Below are positions 59,296-64,000 of a stretch of 64,000 bases of DNA, piece by piece. Each line of letters begins with the position of its first letter. Within the stretch, counting starts at the first letter, position 1. Position numbers and translations under genes: made by a program. Below the pieces are notes generated by a model, which was given only the letters and a program-made list of their open reading frames with translations, searched no databases and had not been told where the DNA came from. Origin of the DNA: an uncultured delta proteobacterium (lineage in GTDB: Bacteria > Desulfobacterota > Binatia > Binatales > Binataceae); NCBI GenBank assembly GCA_963749215.1, contig CAVVMA010000018.1:51513-115512 (forward strand). Reading direction: 5' to 3'.

Positions 59296-60506
59296 TTACT
59301 TGGGTAATTTCAGGACCCGCTCGCCGATGATGTTGTGCTGGATCTCGCTCGACCCTGCCGCGACCGTGAGGCCACGGGCCGAGAGCGTTCGCTGCATCCA
59401 TCGCCCGTTTTCGATCGCGCCGGGCGAGCCGGCTGCGAGTATCCCGCGCGCGCCGAGCATCTCGTCCGCGAACATCGCGACGCGCAGATTGAGCTCGGTC
59501 GCGAAAAGCTTGCCGAAGCTGCTCTCGGGTCCGGGCACTTTTCCTCTTAGCTGAGCAGTCAGCGAGCGATAACGGCTAAGGCGCATGCAGTTGGCTTCGA
59601 TCGAGAACTGGGCGAGCTTCTGGCGCACGTACGGATGCCTCGACGCGGGCATCCCGTCGAACTCGACCGTTTTCGCCAGCGCGATCAATTCCCGCACCGT
59701 CCGCTCGACCGGATGGCGCGTGCCGCCCGAGACCCGCTCGAACATCAGCGTAGCGATCGAAACCTGCCATCCCCCGTTGAGATCGCCGACCAGATTTTCC
59801 TTCGGCACCCGGACGTTGTCGTAAAAGACCTCGTTGAATCCGTGCTCGCCGGTCATCTGGACCAGCGGGCGAATAGTAATACCGGGAGAATGCATGTCGC
59901 AGAGCAGGTAGGAGATTCCCTTGTGCTTGGGTGCATCCGGATCGGTGCGGACCAGCAGCACCTGCCAGTCGGCGCGATGGGCCAGGCTGGTCCATACTTT
60001 CTGTCCGTTGATGACAAAATAGTCGCCCTCCAGCACGGCGCGAGTCTGGAGGCTCGCCAGATCGGAGCCGGCGTTGGGCTCCGAATAGCCCTGACACCAG
60101 ATCTCCTCGCCGGTCAGCATCTTCGGCAGGAAGCGCCGCTTCTGCTGCTCGGTGCCCATAAAGATGATAGTCGGCCCGATGCGATCGATCGCGAGCCCGT
60201 TGGCGCCGTAAACCGGCAGGCCGAGCTTCAGCACTTCGTCCTGATAGATCGCCTGCTCGACGAGGCCGGCGCCTCCGCCGCCCCATTCCTTGGGCCAGTG
60301 CATCGCGACGTAGCCCGCCTGATGGAGCCGGCGATGATATTCGACCAGACGTTTCCATCGGGCATCGTCGTCGAACGTCGAACAGGCTCGCGCCCGAACG
60401 CGGTCATCGCGTCGCCGCGCCCGAAGACCTCGTCCGACGTGCTCTCGAGCCATTGGTGCAGCCGGCTGCGAAAGGCCTCTTGCTCAGGGGTGTAGCTGAA
60501 ATCCAT
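59296..60506 (-). pseudogene. Acyl-CoA dehydrogenase family protein; frameshift near 60375-60398, likely a sequencing error
   Basis: MDFSYTPEQEAFR start in one frame; WPKEWGGG, WCQGYSEPNAGSDLASL, NGQKVWTS, FNEVFYDNVRVP, GSSEIQHNIIGERVL in another. Removing two Ts gives TASGASLFDVDDDARWK. Confidence 0.88.
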
Positions 60507-60571
60507 TATCTTCTCTCGATGCTGCTCAGCGGTTCCGAAGCCGCCGAGGCAGGTCGTAGATTCAACCGTCG

Positions 60572-62371
60572 ATGCGACATTCTATACGGGCCATCTTCAG
60601 GTTCCCACTGGTCGCGCAGTCCGCGCTGATCGCGGCGATTCTGGCCGGGCTCGCGAGCGCCGCGGCCACGCCGCTTGCGGCCCAAACCTCCGGCACGCCG
60701 GCCGCGGCGATCTCCGGTGACGCGGGCTTTCGCTCGCTGGTCGATCAATTCACCGAGGAGCATTTCAAACTGAACCCCGAGTCGGCAACTCGCGCCGGCG
60801 AGCATCGCTTCGACGCGGATGCGACCGACCTGACCCGCAAGGGAATCGACACCCGCGTCCGCTGGGCGTCCGAATGGAAGGACCGCTTCAACCGAATCGA
60901 CCCGAAAACGCTCTCTGCCGAAAACGAGGCCGATCGTGAATGGCTGGCCGCGACCTGCGACGGATACCTGCTCGGCGACCAGGAGATTCGCGTCTACCAG
61001 AAGGAGCCCGGGCTCTACGTGCCGACCTCGGGCATCTACGCGCTGCTGGAGCGTGACTTCGCGCCGCTTCAGGATCGGATGCGGCTGGTGGCCGCGCGCG
61101 AACGCGCCGCGCTGCCGAACTTCCAGGCCGCGCGGGAAAATATCCGGCCCGACACGATGGCGAAGGTCGCGGCGGAGATCCTCGCGCAGGAAATGGCCGG
61201 GACACTCCAATTCTTCTCTCAGCAACTTCCCGAGGCCTTTGCGTCGGTGCCGGAGGGGCCGGCCAAGGCTGACTTCAACGATGCGAACGGCAAGACGATC
61301 GCGGCGATCCGGGCCTATCAGAAATGGCTGATGGAGGAAGTCGTTCCCAAGGCCTCCAACAACTTCGCGATCGGCGCCCACGCTTATCGCCGAATGCTGG
61401 CCGACGACGACATGGTGGATTTGCCGCTATCCCAGCTCGAAGAGATCGGCGAGCGCGAGCTTGGGCGGCTCAAGACGGCCTTCGCGGCGACCGCGGCAGG
61501 AATCGATCGCAGCCGCGATCCGGCCGCGGTCATGACCTCGCTCAGCCTCAACCATCCCGGAACCAACGACGTGGTCCCGACCGTGGCGGGAGGCTTGGCC
61601 GCGATTCGCGCCTACGTCGTCGCGCATCACCTGGCGACGATCGCGCCCGAAGCGCCCAACCCGATCGTGAGGCAGACGCCGCCCTACATGCGTGCGACTA
61701 CGTTCGCCTCGATGGACTCGCCGGGTCCACTCGAAAAGTCGACCGAGGCCTACTTCAACGTCACGCTGCCCGAGCCGTCGTGGAGCGTGGAGCAAAAGGC
61801 GCAGGCGCTGCGGTTGTTTTCACCTCCGAGTATCTCCGACATTTCGGTGCATGAGGTCTACCCCGGCCATTACGTGCAGTTCCTCGACAATCGCCTGAAC
61901 TCCGACCATGTGCGCACTTTGTTCCGCTCGGGTTCCAATGTCGAAGGCTGGGGTTTCTACTGCGAGCAAATGATGCTCGACGATGGATGGCGCGGCGACG
62001 ATCCGGTCTACCGGCTGGCGGAGCTCCAGATGGCCTTACAGCGTGCCTGCCGCTTCCTGGCGGGCATCAGAATGCATACACGCGGCATGACCGTCGACGA
62101 GGCCGCCGCATTCTTCGTGCAGAACGCCTACATGACGCCGCACAACGCGATGGTCGAGGCCCTCAGAGGCACCCAGGACCCCGGCTATCTGCGCTATCAG
62201 CTCGGCAAACTGATGATCATGAAGCTGCGCGACGACGTGCGGAGCAAGGAGGGCGACGCGTTCGACCTCGGCCGCTTCCATGACGACTTCCTGCGCTACG
62301 GCGCGATTCCGATCAAGTTGATCCGCCGCGGGATGCTGGGTTCGGACGGCCCGCTACTCGGTTCGAAGTAG
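60572..62371 (+). CDS. DUF885 family secreted protein (predicted metallopeptidase-like)
   Basis: Signal peptide, P..AT..G.H..D, HEVYPGHY.Q, EGW.FY.E, RACR...IRMH, Y..GKL.I..LR, FHD..L..G.IP. Confidence 0.88.
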   Translation: MRHSIRAIFRFPLVAQSALIAAILAGLASAAATPLAAQTSGTPAAAISGDAGFRSLVDQFTEEHFKLNPESATRAGEHRFDADATDLTRKGIDTRVRWASEWKDRFNRIDPKTLSAENEADREWLAATCDGYLLGDQEIRVYQKEPGLYVPTSGIYALLERDFAPLQDRMRLVAARERAALPNFQAARENIRPDTMAKVAAEILAQEMAGTLQFFSQQLPEAFASVPEGPAKADFNDANGKTIAAIRAYQKWLMEEVVPKASNNFAIGAHAYRRMLADDDMVDLPLSQLEEIGERELGRLKTAFAATAAGIDRSRDPAAVMTSLSLNHPGTNDVVPTVAGGLAAIRAYVVAHHLATIAPEAPNPIVRQTPPYMRATTFASMDSPGPLEKSTEAYFNVTLPEPSWSVEQKAQALRLFSPPSISDISVHEVYPGHYVQFLDNRLNSDHVRTLFRSGSNVEGWGFYCEQMMLDDGWRGDDPVYRLAELQMALQRACRFLAGIRMHTRGMTVDEAAAFFVQNAYMTPHNAMVEALRGTQDPGYLRYQLGKLMIMKLRDDVRSKEGDAFDLGRFHDDFLRYGAIPIKLIRRGMLGSDGPLLGSK

Positions 62372-63691
62372 GGCCGGCGTCTCGCCGGCCTTGGGCGCCG
62401 CCGGCGCGGGCGACCTTGGCACTTCCGAGAGCGCGACCATGAACTTCCCGCTCGGCGCGCGCATGATTTCGGGTACGCGCTCGAATCCGATCGATGCGGT
62501 TGCTCCCACGATTTCGCGGAAGTCGGAGCGGATTCGGACTTCGCTGTCCTCCCCAATCGCTCGATCGGCAACGTAGCGGACCGCGATCCGATCGGTGGAT
62601 TTCTGCACGATCTGGAACTGCGTGATCTCGGAGCACCTAGTGACGATGTTCATCAAAGTGCTGGGCGCCATCAGGCTCCCGTCCGACAGTCGAAACAGAT
62701 TGATGTCCCGTCCGGCAATTCGTCCCAGCCGCGGCAGAGTCCGCTCGCACGCACAGGAACTTTCGATCGCTGTCGTATAGTCGCCGATTTCGTACCTCAC
62801 CAGCGGCATCAGATAGTTCTCCAGCGTCGTGACCAGCACGCTTCCCATCGCGCCTGGCGGAGCCGGGTACCCGTCGGGATCGACGATCTCGGTGAAAACA
62901 TGCTCGGCGTTGACGTGATAGGAGCCTTGCGGGCATTGCCAGCCGACAAACGCTTCAGTCGATCCATAGTTGTCCGCGATCTCGACGCCAAGGTGCCGTC
63001 GCACGCGCTCGCGCAGGGAGTCGTCCAACACCTCGCCGCTGGTGAAAATCCGCCTGAGCGACGGTAGGCGCTGGTGGCGCTCTTCAAGCGCGCTGAGCAG
63101 GCCGTCGAGAGTGGAGGGATAGGAGAAAATGAAAAACGGGTCCAGTTTCGCTATCGTTGCCGCCTGCCGGTGGAAGTCGACCCCGAGGTAAACGAAGCGA
63201 ATGCCGAAGAACAGGCGGCTCATGAGCTGGACGTCGGGATCGTCGGCGCGGCGAGCCGGGCCGTGGAATCTCGATCCGCCGAACCAGGCGCTGCGCTGGA
63301 GCGGATTCCAGCCGTTGGCGCGCAGGTATCGGGCCCGCGCCGCATAGCGGCTTCGCTGGTGAGAACTGTCGAAGATGAACTCCGCGGTCATCCCGCTGGA
63401 TCCGGAAGTGGCCGCGCGAACGAACGCGGTGCGGGGAGGATAGAGAGCGCGGACCGACTGATTGAGCGAGCCCACGTCGGCGCGGCGCAGAACGGGCAAT
63501 CGCGCGAAGTTCTCGATACGCGGAGCGCCCCCGAAGCGTTCCGCATAGAAGGGAATTCTGGCCGCGGCGGCCAGGGTTCGCTCGAGGTGTTCTTCCCGGT
63601 ACGAGTTGAGTCTTGCCGGCGGCCAGTATTGCGACCGGAGAAGCGCCGCATACCGCGGCGCCGACTCCAGGATTCTTGCAAGTGCTCCCAC
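62354..63691 (-). CDS. Phenylacetate-CoA ligase (PaaK/CapK)-like adenylate-forming protein
   Basis: IPFY, TSGSSG, YPS, SGE, YGSTE, VTTL.NY.MPL.RY.IGD, C.C.R..P.L..I.GR, QFQIVQ. Confidence 0.85.
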   Translation of the reverse strand: MGALARILESAPRYAALLRSQYWPPARLNSYREEHLERTLAAAARIPFYAERFGGAPRIENFARLPVLRRADVGSLNQSVRALYPPRTAFVRAATSGSSGMTAEFIFDSSHQRSRYAARARYLRANGWNPLQRSAWFGGSRFHGPARRADDPDVQLMSRLFFGIRFVYLGVDFHRQAATIAKLDPFFIFSYPSTLDGLLSALEERHQRLPSLRRIFTSGEVLDDSLRERVRRHLGVEIADNYGSTEAFVGWQCPQGSYHVNAEHVFTEIVDPDGYPAPPGAMGSVLVTTLENYLMPLVRYEIGDYTTAIESSCACERTLPRLGRIAGRDINLFRLSDGSLMAPSTLMNIVTRCSEITQFQIVQKSTDRIAVRYVADRAIGEDSEVRIRSDFREIVGATASIGFERVPEIMRAPSGKFMVALSEVPRSPAPAAPKAGETPALLRTE

Positions 63692-63851
63692 TTCGAGGCG
63701 AGTCTATACATCGCAGGAAGCCGGGACCAGTCGAATCGTGCGATAGCGCCCCGCGCGGACGATGCGACCCGGCTGCTGGCATCGCGGGGCCTTTTCTATA
63801 TGATCGGTACGCACAGTCTCCCAAGTCTCCATAGAGCAGGCGGCGGTATCG

Positions 63852-64000
63852 ATGACTTACAAAACGGTGAAAGTTCCCAGCGACGGCGAGAAGATCACGC
63901 TCAACTCCGATCGCACGCTGAGCGTGCCCGATCGGCCGATCCTGCCGTTTATCGAAGGCGACGGCACCGGCCGCGACATCTGGCGCGCGTCGCAATATGT
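63852..64000 (+). CDS. icd: NADP-dependent isocitrate dehydrogenase, 3'-partial
   Basis: Not in the ORF track. Manual translation [39 protein letters not shown] matches the E. coli-type IDH N-terminus. Confidence 0.9.
   Translation, partial: MTYKTVKVPSDGEKITLNSDRTLSVPDRPILPFIEGDGTGRDIWRASQY

Noticed and set aside
62354-63691. Phenylacetate catabolism
   Set aside because: No other paa genes are present; the sequence fits the broader PaaK/CapK-like family of unknown substrate.

Overview
High-GC bacterial chromosomal window. The large secreted proteins with Pro-Thr linkers, choice-of-anchor-D-like Ig modules and an S53 peptidase suggest Candidatus Binatota or an Acidobacteria-like soil lineage (inference only). 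Housekeeping blocks: pgm-tal-pgi-ackA, sthA, yebC-ruvCAB and the icd start. Other blocks: three Pro-Thr-linker surface proteins, a circularly permuted ATP-grasp/alpha-E/transglutaminase operon, a Wzm/Wzt glycan locus, five GT-C glycosyltransferase genes (three PMT-containing ones each directly followed by a paralogous membrane-anchored carbohydrate-binding-like gene), and an orphan Phd/YefM antitoxin. The most striking feature is a fully delimited 3,273-bp IS1-family cargo element (22381-25653; 19-bp TIRs, 8-bp target duplication CACATTGG). It carries a winged-helix protein, a DUF3800 protein, a small KGG-like basic protein and two densely base-paired non-coding regions flanking the HTH-DUF3800 operon, which makes it a candidate protein+RNA module on a transposon. 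Several genes carry single-base frameshifts, mostly homopolymer extensions that look like sequencing errors; one artificially fuses two glycosyltransferase genes.
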